The translations under genes and the position numbers were made by a program. The notes under the pieces are model-generated. The model saw nothing but the letters and a program-made list of their open reading frames with translations, did no database searches and was not told the DNA's origin. 64,000 bases of DNA, taken from contig CAIXWN010000091.1 of NCBI GenBank assembly GCA_903923135.1, positions 91 through 64,090 on the forward strand. Direction: 5' to 3'. Positions within the stretch are counted from its first letter, which is position 1. The number at the start of each line of letters is the position of its first letter. Positions 30,844-39,783 of this stretch are shown here, piece by piece. Source of the DNA: an uncultured Caulobacteraceae bacterium (GTDB lineage: Bacteria > Pseudomonadota > Alphaproteobacteria > Caulobacterales > Caulobacteraceae).

Positions 30844-32987
30844 GTCAGCGCTCCCGACGCGCCGGCGACCCCGGCCTGCATCCGCCACAGGTCCGCGTAG
30901 CGACCGCCGGCGTTCAACAGGCTTTCATGGTCGCCGGATTCGATCAGGCGGCCGCCCTCGATGGTGACAATTGTGTCGGCCATGCGAAGGGTCGAAAGGC
31001 GATGGGCGATCAGGATGACCGTACGGTCCTGGGTGATGCGCCGCATATTGGCCTGGATCGCCGCTTCGCTCTCATAGTCCAGCGCCGAGGTGGCCTCATC
31101 AAAGATGAGGATCCGCGGATTGCCGACCAGCGCCCGGGCGATGGCGATGCGCTGTCGCTGGCCACCCGACAGCGAGGCGCCGCGTTCGCCGATCAGCGTC
31201 TCATAGCCTTCGGGCAGGGCCAGAATGAAGTCGTGCGCTCCGGCCAGTTCGGCGGCGGCGATGACACGATCGAGGCTCATGCCGGGGTCGGCCAGGGCGA
31301 TGTTCTCGCGGACGGTCCGGTTGAACAGGACGTTCTCCTGAAGCACGACGCCGATCTGCCGCCGAAGCCAGGCAGGGTCCACCATCGACAGGTCGACCCC
31401 GTCGATAAGCACCCGACCGGTCTCGGGCACATAGAGCCGCTGGATCAGCTTCGCGAGTGTGCTTTTGCCTGACCCCGACGACCCGACGATACCCAGCACC
31501 CCACCGGCCTGCACGTCGAGTGAGACGTCCTGCAGCACGGGCTGGCCATCGATGCGGTAGCGGAACCCAACCGATTCCAGGCGGACATGGCCGCGGATCG
31601 GCGGCAGGCTCGCCTGGGCGCTCTGGCCGGGTTCCGGCGTTGTGTTGAGGATGTCACCCAGCCGGTCGATGGAGATCCGCACCTGCTGGAAGTCCTGCCA
31701 CAGCTGTGCCAGGCGCAGGACCGGGGCAGCCAGCTGCGATGAGATCATGTTGAACGCCACCAGCTCCCCGACGGTGAGCTTGTTCTGGATGACCAGCCCC
31801 GCGCCCAGGAACAGGATCAGGACCATGGTTACCTTGTTGATCAGCGTCGTGGTCTGGGTGGCGATGTTGCCGACGCCCACGACCCGGAACGCCGCTGTGA
31901 CATAGCCGGCCAGCTGCTCTTCCCAACGGCGCTGCATCACCGGCTCGAGGGCCATCGACTTCACCGTCTCGACGCCCGAGACCGCCTCGACGAGAAAGGC
32001 CTGGTTGTCGGCGCTGCGCTTGAACCGCTCGTTCAGCCGCTCGCGGAAGATCGGCGTGAGCCCGAGGCTGAGCAGGACATAGAGGGGCAGGGCGCCTGCC
32101 ACCACCAGGGTCAGCAGCGGGCTGTAGATGAACAGGACGACCAGAAAGATGACCGAGAAGAACAGGTCCAGCGCCAGGGTGATGGCCGATGACGTGAGGA
32201 ACTGCCGGATGGTGTCCAGCTCGCGGACGCGGGCGACGGTGTCGCCGACCCGGCGGGCCTGAAAATACGCCATGGGCAGAGCGAAGAGGTGTCGGAAGAG
32301 CCGCGCGCCCAGTTCGACGTCGATCCGGTTGGATGTGTGGGCGAAAAGGTAGGTGCGCAGGCCGCCGAGGACGACCTCGAACACCGACAGCACGCCCAGG
32401 CCAAGGGCCAGAACCTCCAGCGTGGACAGGCCGCGGTGCACGAACACCTTGTCGATGATGACCTGGAAGAACAGCGGCGCCAGGAGGCCGAACACCTGCA
32501 GGAAGAACGAGCCGATCAGCACGTCGATCAGCGGCGCCCGGTACTTCTTCACCGCGTCGATGAACCAGCTCACGCCGAAGCGGCGATAGGGGTCGCTCAG
32601 CAGGGCCCGGCGGGTCAGCAGGATCATCCGGCCGGTCCAGATCGCCGCGAGGCCCTCCAGCGTGAGCATCTCGGGGCTCGGCTTGCGGGGATCCTGGACC
32701 AGGACCTTACCCTCCGCGGCCTTGCCGACGACCAGCCAGCCGCCGTCCTGGAGCGCCGCCAGCGCGGGGAGGGGCGTGCCCTCCAGACGGGCGGGCGTGG
32801 CGGAGATGGCGCGCGCCTTGAGCGGGAAACGCTTCACCGCGCGCAGAATTTCGTCCTCGTTCAGCGACGGCCGGCCGCTCTGGTGCAGCAGCTCCGAGGC
32901 GTTGGCCGGGATCCCCAGCAGCTGCAGGATGAAGGCGAGGGCCGCCGCCCCGGGATCGGTCGTCGTGGTTGCGCCTCCGCCGTCCAT
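30840..32987 (-). CDS. type I secretion ABC permease/ATPase with an N-terminal C39-like (non-catalytic) domain, HlyB-type
   Basis: Contains Walker A GSSGSGKST, signature LSGGQRQR and Walker B ILIFDEATS. The start is set at MDGGGATTTTDPGAAALAFILQLLG, which aligns with the HlyB N-terminus [20 protein letters not shown]. Longer in-frame starts at 33122, 33149 and 33161 would overlap the divergent gene. Confidence 0.85.
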   Translation of the reverse strand: MDGGGATTTTDPGAAALAFILQLLGIPANASELLHQSGRPSLNEDEILRAVKRFPLKARAISATPARLEGTPLPALAALQDGGWLVVGKAAEGKVLVQDPRKPSPEMLTLEGLAAIWTGRMILLTRRALLSDPYRRFGVSWFIDAVKKYRAPLIDVLIGSFFLQVFGLLAPLFFQVIIDKVFVHRGLSTLEVLALGLGVLSVFEVVLGGLRTYLFAHTSNRIDVELGARLFRHLFALPMAYFQARRVGDTVARVRELDTIRQFLTSSAITLALDLFFSVIFLVVLFIYSPLLTLVVAGALPLYVLLSLGLTPIFRERLNERFKRSADNQAFLVEAVSGVETVKSMALEPVMQRRWEEQLAGYVTAAFRVVGVGNIATQTTTLINKVTMVLILFLGAGLVIQNKLTVGELVAFNMISSQLAAPVLRLAQLWQDFQQVRISIDRLGDILNTTPEPGQSAQASLPPIRGHVRLESVGFRYRIDGQPVLQDVSLDVQAGGVLGIVGSSGSGKSTLAKLIQRLYVPETGRVLIDGVDLSMVDPAWLRRQIGVVLQENVLFNRTVRENIALADPGMSLDRVIAAAELAGAHDFILALPEGYETLIGERGASLSGGQRQRIAIARALVGNPRILIFDEATSALDYESEAAIQANMRRITQDRTVILIAHRLSTLRMADTIVTIEGGRLIESGDHESLLNAGGRYADLWRMQAGVAGASGALT

Positions 32988-33120
32988 CAAGCCCGCCTGT
33001 TCAGGTCCCGCCACATCGCCCGCCCGATCACCTCCGGCATAGCCGTCTTTGGCGTGACCGTGAAGCCTGCCGCCGGGCGCCGCTTCCGGCGCGCCCGTCA
33101 ATTGGGATAAGCCATCGTTC

Positions 33121-34770
33121 ATGGCTCCTTCCGACCCGACGGCGGACATTCTGGCCCGCATCGCCGCGGCCGCCCGGCTGGGCGACCGGACGCGGGCCGA
33201 GGGTCTGGCTGTCGCCGCGTTTCGCCAGGGGGTGCGCCCGCCGCTGGTCGTCGGCCTGGTGGCCGAGGGTCTGGTGGAGCGGGGACGTCAGTCGGAAGCC
33301 CTGGCCCTGTTGCGGCAGGCGACGGACTCCGCGGGCGATGATCGCGGCTGGGGGGCGATCCGACTGCAGATGGGCCGCCTGCTGCTGGCGCTTGACCGGC
33401 GCGAGGCGGTGCGCGTCGCCCTTGCCCGTGGTCTTGAGGCCCTGCCGGACGACTACCGCGGCCTGATCGACGCCGGCACGGCGACGCTGCGGCTCGGCGA
33501 CCTGGCGGCGGCGGCCGACTACTTCAGGCGGGCCGCTGTCGTGGCTCCGGAGTTGGCCGAGCCCCTGTCGGCCCTGGCGGTGGTGGCCAGCCTGGAGGGG
33601 GACGCCGCCGCCGCCCGGAACGCGGCCGACCGCGCTCTCGCCCTGGATCCTCAGTTGGTCAGCGCGAGGATCGCCATCGCCCGCGCCGACGCCCTGGATG
33701 GCGACCGGCCCGCCGTGCTGGAGCGTACGGGCGAGTTGCTGCAGCGGTCCGATCTGTCGGAGGCCCAGCGCGTCGACCTCCATGACCTGCGCGCCGATTG
33801 CCTGGACACGCTGGATCGGACGGCTGAAGCCTTCGCGGACTACCTCGCCCGAAATCAGGCTGCGCAACGTCTGCACGGCCGGACCGTTTTCCGGAGCGAA
33901 GTGGAGAGACCTGGCGATCGCGCCGTCCGGCTCAGGGCCTGGTTCGCGGCGTCTTCGTCCGACGACTGGCGCCCGGTCGCCGGTCCCGACACGGCCGGCG
34001 AGGGCCACGCGAGCCGCCATGTGTTCCTTGTGGGCTTCCCGCGTTCGGGAACGACCCTGCTGGAAAAGGTGCTGGCGAGCCATCCGCAGATCGTCACGCT
34101 CGAGGAGGTGGATATCCTGGGCGCGGTCGGCGAGTCGTTTCTCGCCGACGCCGCCGGTCTGCGCCGACTGTCGGCGCTGACTCCCCCCGAGGCCGCCGCG
34201 GCCCGAGGGGAGTACTGGCGTGGCGTGCGGGCCGCCCTGGGGGCGTTTCCCCGGGACCGGATTCTCGTCGACAAGCTGCCCCTGCACACCCCGGCCCTGC
34301 CGGTGATCGCCGCGCTGTTCCCCGACGCCAGGGTCATTTTCGCCCTACGCGACCCTCGCGACGTCGTGCTCAGCTGTTTCCGGCGCCGTTTCCGCATTAA
34401 TGCGGCGATGTTTGAATTTCTCACCCTTGAAGGCGCGGCGCGTTACTACGACACGGTGATGGCGCTGGCGGCGCTGTATCGTGAGCGCCTGCCCCTGCCG
34501 GTCTGCGAGGTGCGTCATGAGGCGCTGGTGGCCGATTTCGACGTCGTGGTCCGCCACGTTCTGGACTTCATCGGCGCCGCTTGGGACCCGCGGGTGCGGG
34601 AATTCACGGGCCAGGTTCGCGGTGTCCCCAGAACGCCGAGCGCGCCCCAGGTGGCGCGCGGACTCAACGCCGACGGCGTGGGTCAGTGGCGAAGGTACGG
34701 CGTCCAGCTAGAGCCCGTCAGGGCTGTCCTGGCGCCCTGGGTGGAGAGGTTCGGCTACCAGCCGGGTTAG
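33121..34770 (+). CDS. TPR-repeat plus sulfotransferase-domain protein
   Basis: 549 aa. An N-terminal Ala/Leu-rich TPR-like region of about 290 aa is followed by PAPS-binding motifs GFPRSGTTLLEKVL (5'-PSB) and FALRDPRDVVLSCF (3'-PB). Confidence 0.85.
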   Translation: MAPSDPTADILARIAAAARLGDRTRAEGLAVAAFRQGVRPPLVVGLVAEGLVERGRQSEALALLRQATDSAGDDRGWGAIRLQMGRLLLALDRREAVRVALARGLEALPDDYRGLIDAGTATLRLGDLAAAADYFRRAAVVAPELAEPLSALAVVASLEGDAAAARNAADRALALDPQLVSARIAIARADALDGDRPAVLERTGELLQRSDLSEAQRVDLHDLRADCLDTLDRTAEAFADYLARNQAAQRLHGRTVFRSEVERPGDRAVRLRAWFAASSSDDWRPVAGPDTAGEGHASRHVFLVGFPRSGTTLLEKVLASHPQIVTLEEVDILGAVGESFLADAAGLRRLSALTPPEAAAARGEYWRGVRAALGAFPRDRILVDKLPLHTPALPVIAALFPDARVIFALRDPRDVVLSCFRRRFRINAAMFEFLTLEGAARYYDTVMALAALYRERLPLPVCEVRHEALVADFDVVVRHVLDFIGAAWDPRVREFTGQVRGVPRTPSAPQVARGLNADGVGQWRRYGVQLEPVRAVLAPWVERFGYQPG

Positions 34771-34828
34771 ACCCGGACGGGCCATTGGGATGTTGCCGCC
34801 GCGCCGGTTCGTGTAGAGGCGGGTGCGC

Positions 34829-34913
34829 GCGGATGTGGCGGAACTGGTAGACGCACTGGATTTAGGTTCCAGCGCCGAAAGGCGTGGAGGTTCGAGTCCT
34901 CTCATCCGCACCA
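34829..34913 (+). tRNA. tRNA-Leu (anticodon TAG)
   Basis: Acceptor stem GCGGATG/CATCCGC, anticodon stem-loop CTGGA-TTTAGGT-TCCAG, long variable arm, T-arm GGAGGTTCGAGTCCTCT and 3' CCA. Confidence 0.9.
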
Positions 34914-35053
34914 GGATTTCCCTGAGGGTCGCCCGCGGGTCAGGTCAGCCTCCGCAAGCGGTCCCGCAATGGCCCAGCGGCCAACACCGCAAGCCGTCCG
35001 TCGCCCCCTTGAGAGCCCATGAGGGGCGTGACATAAGGGCGTTTCGTTTCATG

Positions 35054-35090
35054 CCGCCGGCCAGATCGGATCTTGGCGGCGGTTTTTTAT
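35054..35090 (+). terminator. Rho-independent terminator-like hairpin with T-tract
   Basis: CCGCCGGCCAGATC-GGATCTTGGCGGCGG followed by TTTTTTAT. It lies between tRNA-Leu and tig. Confidence 0.5.
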
Positions 35091-35133
35091 TGGGCGCCTG
35101 GCTGAGCCTGCGCCCCAAACTCGGGACACGTTG

Positions 35134-36681
35134 ATGCAAGTTATTGAAAAGCCTGGTGAAGGTCTTAGCCGTAGCTATGGCGTCACGGTGCCCGCGGCCG
35201 AGCTGGGCGCCGCGCTGGATGTCCGGATCGCCGAGATTCTTCCCACCCTGCGCCTGAAAGGCTTCCGCCCCGGCAAAGTGCCGCAGGCCCACGTTCGCCG
35301 TCTCTATGGCAAGGCGCTGATGAGCGAGGTGATCGAGAAGACTCTCAACGAGACCTCCCAGCAGGTGCTTGCCGACAATCAGCTGCGTGTGGCGTCCAGG
35401 CCTGACCTGAAGCCGGTCTCCGACATGGAGCAGGTGATCGCCGGCCGGCAAGACCTCAGCTACGACATCGAGGTCGAGGTCATGCCCGACTTCGATCCGG
35501 TCGACGTGTCGACCCTCTCGCTCGAGCGCCTCGTCTATCGCTCGACCGACGAAGAACTGCAGTCGGCCCTCGATGAACTTGTGGCCCAGAACCGCACCTA
35601 TGACGACCGCACGGGCAAGACCCCCAAGGCCAAGGACGGCGATCAGGTGGTGATCGATTTCGTCGGCAGGATCGACGGCGAGGCTTTCGCAGGTGGCTCG
35701 GCCACGGACGCCGAGCTGGTGCTGGGATCCGGCCAGTTCATCCCCGGTTTCGAAGGCCAGCTTGTCGGCGCCAAGGTTGGCGACGAACTCGCGGTGAACG
35801 TGACCTTCCCCGAGGATTATCAGGCCGAGGAACTCAAGGGCAAGGCGGCGGTGTTCGACGTCACCGTCAAGGCCGTCCGGGCGCCCAAGGCGGCCAAGGC
35901 CGACGACGCGCTCGCCGAACGGCTGGGCATGACCGACCTGGACGCGCTGAAGGCCGCCCTGCGGGCGAATCTCGACAGCCAGTTCGTCTCGGCCTCCCGC
36001 TTCAAGCTCAAGCGCGCGCTGCTCGATGCGCTCGACACCCGCCACGATATTCCGCTGCCGCCGCGCATGGTGCAGGCCGAGTTCGACGGCATCTGGGCCC
36101 AGGTCGAGAAGGATCGGGCTGAGGGCGCGGCCTCGCCGGAGGATGAGGGCAAGTCCGACGAGGACCTGCGCGCCGAATACCATCAGATCGCCGAACGACG
36201 GGTCCGTCTTGGCCTGGTGCTGGCGGAAATCGGCCGCCGGGAAAACGTTCAGGTGACCGAGGCCGAACTGGGTGATGCGATGCGCGCCGAGGCCATGCGC
36301 TACGGCGCGCAGGCGCAGGAAATCTTCGACCTGCTGCGTCGCAATCCCGACATCCAGGCCCAGATGCGCGCGCCGCTCTACGAGGAGAAGGTGGTCGACT
36401 TCATCATCGGCCGCGCCTCGGTGAGCGAGCGTGAGGTCGCCAAGGACGTCCTGCTCCGCGAGGATGATCTGCCAGAAGGCTACGGCGCCTCAACAGAAGG
36501 CGAGGCGGAGCCCGCGCCGGAACCGAAGAAGAAGAAGGCCGCCAAGCCGAAGGTCAAGGCCGAGGCGGATGTCGCCGCCGAAGCGCCCGTCGTCGCGGCG
36601 TCGGCTGAGGAGGCCACGCCCGAAGCCAAGCCGGCCGCCAAGCCCGCCCGGGCGAAAAAGGCCAAGCCCGCCGCCGAATAG
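35134..36681 (+). CDS. tig: trigger factor with a Lys/Ala/Pro-rich C-terminal tail
   Basis: [19 protein letters not shown]... with an internal FKBP-type PPIase region ([21 protein letters not shown]). 515 aa including a 68-aa charged tail. Confidence 0.95.
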   Translation: MQVIEKPGEGLSRSYGVTVPAAELGAALDVRIAEILPTLRLKGFRPGKVPQAHVRRLYGKALMSEVIEKTLNETSQQVLADNQLRVASRPDLKPVSDMEQVIAGRQDLSYDIEVEVMPDFDPVDVSTLSLERLVYRSTDEELQSALDELVAQNRTYDDRTGKTPKAKDGDQVVIDFVGRIDGEAFAGGSATDAELVLGSGQFIPGFEGQLVGAKVGDELAVNVTFPEDYQAEELKGKAAVFDVTVKAVRAPKAAKADDALAERLGMTDLDALKAALRANLDSQFVSASRFKLKRALLDALDTRHDIPLPPRMVQAEFDGIWAQVEKDRAEGAASPEDEGKSDEDLRAEYHQIAERRVRLGLVLAEIGRRENVQVTEAELGDAMRAEAMRYGAQAQEIFDLLRRNPDIQAQMRAPLYEEKVVDFIIGRASVSEREVAKDVLLREDDLPEGYGASTEGEAEPAPEPKKKKAAKPKVKAEADVAAEAPVVAASAEEATPEAKPAAKPARAKKAKPAAE

Positions 36682-36690
36682 CGGCCACGA

Positions 36691-36720
36691 CTTGCGCCGG
36701 TCCGGGCGCGAGCCGATATC
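36691..36720 (+). promoter_or_regulatory. possible sigma32-type promoter upstream of clpP (CTTG-N18-CCGATATC)
   Basis: CTTG at 36691-36694 and CCGATATC at 36713-36720, about 30 nt upstream of the clpP ATG. It resembles the alphaproteobacterial RpoH consensus CTTG-N17/18-CYTATNT. Confidence 0.3.
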
Positions 36721-36748
36721 GAATGAGCAGCACAAGGCGTCCAAGATC

Positions 36749-37378
36749 ATGACCGATCCCTTCACTACCTCCATGAATCTCGTTCCGATGGTGGTCGAGC
36801 AATCGAGCCGGGGCGAACGGGCGTTCGATATCTTCTCGCGCCTGCTGCGTGAGCGGGTGATCTTTCTGAACGGTCCCGTCGATGACGGCATGTCGGCGGT
36901 GATCTGCGCCCAGCTGCTCTATCTGGAATCGGAATATCCGAAGAAGCAGATCGACATGTACATCAACTCGCCCGGCGGCGTCGTGTCTTCAGGCCTGGCG
37001 ATCTACGACACCATGCAATACGTCCGCTGCCCGGTGGCCACCACCTGCATGGGCATGGCCGCGTCGATGGGCTCCTTCCTGCTGATGGCCGGAGAGCCTG
37101 GCCTGCGGGTGGCCCTGCCCAACGCGCGCATCATGCTTCACCAGCCCTCCGGCGGCTTTTCCGGCAAGGCCTCCGACATCGAGCGCCACGCCGAGGACAT
37201 CCTCAAGACCAAGCGGCGGCTCAACGAACTGTACGCCAAGCACTGCGGCCGCACTTACGAGGAGGTCGAGCGCACCCTCGACCGCGACCACTTCATGGAC
37301 GCCGAGGAAGCCAAGGCCTGGGGCATCATCGACCAGATCCACGTCAGCCGAGCGGCTTCGGACGCCGAGTCGGCCTGA
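36749..37378 (+). CDS. clpP: ATP-dependent Clp protease proteolytic subunit
   Basis: 209 aa from the internal ATG. Contains the Ser motif [11 protein letters not shown] and the His motif MLHQPSGG. The upstream part of the track ORF overlaps the tig tail and was rejected. Confidence 0.95.
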   Translation: MTDPFTTSMNLVPMVVEQSSRGERAFDIFSRLLRERVIFLNGPVDDGMSAVICAQLLYLESEYPKKQIDMYINSPGGVVSSGLAIYDTMQYVRCPVATTCMGMAASMGSFLLMAGEPGLRVALPNARIMLHQPSGGFSGKASDIERHAEDILKTKRRLNELYAKHCGRTYEEVERTLDRDHFMDAEEAKAWGIIDQIHVSRAASDAESA

Positions 37379-37414
37379 GCCTTCCGGCGGCGTTCCCTCG
37401 GCCCGACCGGGAGT

Positions 37415-37678
37415 TCAGCGTCTGACGGCGGCCGCTTCGACGATCGCGATGAGGGCAGCCACCCCCTCGGCGCCGTCGGCGGGCAGCCGCTGGAAGTCGG
37501 CGGCCCATGGCGGTCGGATGTCCGGATAGAGCCCCGTCGGGTCCTCATGAAAGTGCAGGAACGCCCGCGATTTCAGATAGAACACGCCGGGCCGCACCTC
37601 CCGGAGGCCCTCCACGCCTCGCAGCCGCTCGAGCAGCGGGCCGAGCATCGTCAGAGCGTCAGCGCCGGCGTGCTTCAT
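37415..37678 (-). CDS. hypothetical 87-aa protein
   Basis: The ATG overlaps the stop of the upstream HAD gene (ATGA at 37675-37678). The motif GVFYLKSRAFLHFHEDPTGLYPDIR is not assigned to a family I can name. Confidence 0.55.
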   Translation of the reverse strand: MKHAGADALTMLGPLLERLRGVEGLREVRPGVFYLKSRAFLHFHEDPTGLYPDIRPPWAADFQRLPADGAEGVAALIAIVEAAAVRR

Positions 37679-38355
37679 GGTCTGGCCGTGAACACCTTCA
37701 GGCCGGGGGTCTCGGCCAGGGCCAGCATCTCCCGGTCGCCATCGGTGTCACCATAGGCCGCCTGCAGCGTCAGGGTCGGACCGAGCTCGGCCCTTAGCCG
37801 GGAGACCTTCTCCGGGCCCCGGCAGTTGGGTCCATCGAGGCAGCCGGTGAACCGCTCCTCCCGATCAAACGCCAGGCGCGTGCCGATCAGACCGTCCGCG
37901 GCCAGGCGGCGGGCGAACGGCGCGACGAGAATGTCCGGCGACGCCGTGACGATGAACAGCCGCGCGCCGCGCCGCCGCCAGTCGTCCCAGCAGGCGACGG
38001 CGTCGGACCGCATCAGGCTGTCATATCGCTCGTCGCAGAAGCGTTGTGCATCCGCCTGCAGGCGGGCGCGCCGGACGGGGCCGAGAAGGCGGTCCGCCAC
38101 GGCCGCCTTGAGGGCGCCGCGGTCGCGTCGAACCGCGTAGGTGAGGGCGGCGGGAAGCAGTCGCAGTGCGCCGGCCGCCGCCGCCGTCGCGCCGGCGCGC
38201 CAGGTCAGGAAGGCGACGAAACTGTCGCGACAGGTGAGGGTGCCGTCGAAATCGAAGGCGACGACGGGCGCACCGGCCGGCTCCGGGTGGCGAAACACGC
38301 CGGTCATCCCCATCTGCAGGCTTCCTGTGGTCTTCGGACGCCCCAAATGCGACAC
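37675..38355 (-). CDS. cicA: HAD-IB family hydrolase, positional equivalent of Caulobacter cicA
   Basis: Contains HAD motif I FDFDGTLT and motifs FIVTASPD and YGDTDGDREML. It lies on the opposite strand between clpP and clpX, as described for C. crescentus cicA. The start codon is uncertain. Confidence 0.7.
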   Translation of the reverse strand: MSHLGRPKTTGSLQMGMTGVFRHPEPAGAPVVAFDFDGTLTCRDSFVAFLTWRAGATAAAAGALRLLPAALTYAVRRDRGALKAAVADRLLGPVRRARLQADAQRFCDERYDSLMRSDAVACWDDWRRRGARLFIVTASPDILVAPFARRLAADGLIGTRLAFDREERFTGCLDGPNCRGPEKVSRLRAELGPTLTLQAAYGDTDGDREMLALAETPGLKVFTARP

Positions 38356-38520
38356 GGAACGCCCTTAGGCAACCCAAATGGGTCCGCGGGCTTGTGGTCT
38401 GACGCCGGATCGGGGAAAGTCGGGCTTCAGGCGTGCGGAGTGCGGGGCTGCGCGTCCGGGACTGTCAGCGGCGGGTTTTGTCCGACCCGTGTTGCGGCCC
38501 TCGGAAAGTGAGAACAGACG

Positions 38521-39783
38521 ATGACGAAAGCCGCCAGTGGCGACAGTAAGAGCACCCTCTATTGTTCTTTCTGTGGAAAAAGCCAACACGAAGTCCGCAA
38601 GCTGATTGCCGGGCCGACCGTATTCATCTGCGATGAATGCGTCGAACTGTGCATGGATATCATCCGCGAAGAGCATAAACTCACCTTCGTCAAGTCGAAG
38701 GACGGCGTGCCGACGCCTCGTGAGATTCGCGATGTGCTCGATGACTATGTCATCGGGCAGGAGCACGCCAAGAAGGTGCTCTCGGTGGCGGTTCACAACC
38801 ACTACAAGCGTCTCAATCACGCCCAGAAGAACAACGACGTTGAACTGGCCAAGTCGAACATCCTGCTGGTCGGTCCCACCGGCGTGGGCAAGACCCTGCT
38901 GGCCCAGACCCTGGCCCGAATCATCGACGTGCCCTTCACCATGGCCGACGCGACCACGCTCACCGAAGCGGGCTATGTCGGCGAGGATGTCGAGAACATC
39001 ATCCTCAAACTGCTTCAGGCGGCTGACTATAATGTGGAGCGAGCCCAACGTGGGATCGTCTACATCGACGAGGTCGACAAGATCAGCCGCAAGTCTGACA
39101 ACCCCTCCATCACCCGCGACGTGTCGGGGGAGGGCGTGCAGCAGGCGCTCCTGAAGATCATGGAAGGCACCGTGGCCTCCGTACCGCCGCAGGGCGGGCG
39201 CAAGCATCCGCAACAGGAGTTCCTGCAGGTCGACACCACCAACATGCTGTTCATCTGCGGCGGCGCCTTCGCGGGTCTGGAGAAGATCATCTCCAGCCGC
39301 GGCAAGGGCACGTCCATCGGCTTTTCGGCCAAGGTTTCGGATCCCGATGACCGGCGAACCGGAGAGGTGCTTCGCCAGGTCGAGCCCGACGATCTGCAGC
39401 GGTTCGGCCTGATCCCGGAATTCATCGGCCGCCTGCCGGTCATCGCCACCCTGGACGACCTTGATGAGGTGGCGCTGGTCAAGATTCTCACCGAGCCGAA
39501 GAACGCCCTGGTCAAACAGTACCAACGCCTTTTCGAGATGGAGAACGTCGGCCTTTCGTTCACCGACGACGCCCTGCGGGCGGTCGCCCGCAAGGCCATC
39601 CTGCGCAAGACCGGCGCCCGGGGCCTGCGGTCGATCCTCGAAGGGATTCTCCTGGAGACCATGTTCGACCTGCCAACGCTGCAGGGCGTCGAAGAGGTGG
39701 TGGTCAACACCGAAGTCGTCGAGGGGCGTGGCCAGCCGTTGATGATCTACGCCGAGAAGAAGACGGGCGCGGCCTCGGCCTGA
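38521..39783 (+). CDS. clpX: ATP-dependent Clp protease ATP-binding subunit ClpX
   Basis: 420 aa. Contains the zinc-binding N-domain [18 protein letters not shown] and Walker A GPTGVGKT. Confidence 0.97.
   Translation: MTKAASGDSKSTLYCSFCGKSQHEVRKLIAGPTVFICDECVELCMDIIREEHKLTFVKSKDGVPTPREIRDVLDDYVIGQEHAKKVLSVAVHNHYKRLNHAQKNNDVELAKSNILLVGPTGVGKTLLAQTLARIIDVPFTMADATTLTEAGYVGEDVENIILKLLQAADYNVERAQRGIVYIDEVDKISRKSDNPSITRDVSGEGVQQALLKIMEGTVASVPPQGGRKHPQQEFLQVDTTNMLFICGGAFAGLEKIISSRGKGTSIGFSAKVSDPDDRRTGEVLRQVEPDDLQRFGLIPEFIGRLPVIATLDDLDEVALVKILTEPKNALVKQYQRLFEMENVGLSFTDDALRAVARKAILRKTGARGLRSILEGILLETMFDLPTLQGVEEVVVNTEVVEGRGQPLMIYAEKKTGAASA

Noticed and set aside
30840-33161. The idea that the ABC exporter is a RaxB-like or bacteriocin-type PCAT, with an active C39 peptidase processing a GG-leader peptide.
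   Set aside because: The N-terminal domain aligns by eye with the HlyB C39-like domain. It shows Pro at the catalytic Cys position and Trp near the His position. No small GG-leader peptide gene was found in the 133-nt divergent spacer or in the flanks.
34829-34913. tRNA-Leu, and tRNA-Val at 62020..62096, considered as integration sites of a genomic island.
   Set aside because: No integrase, excisionase or direct repeat of the tRNA 3' end was seen near either tRNA. The neighbouring genes are core housekeeping genes.
36431-36748. A 5' extension that makes clpP a 315-aa ORF.
   Set aside because: The extension is the tig C-terminal tail read in another frame, giving Arg/Pro/Ser-rich sequence. 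The ClpP homology begins at the ATG at 36749 and gives a normal 209-aa ClpP.
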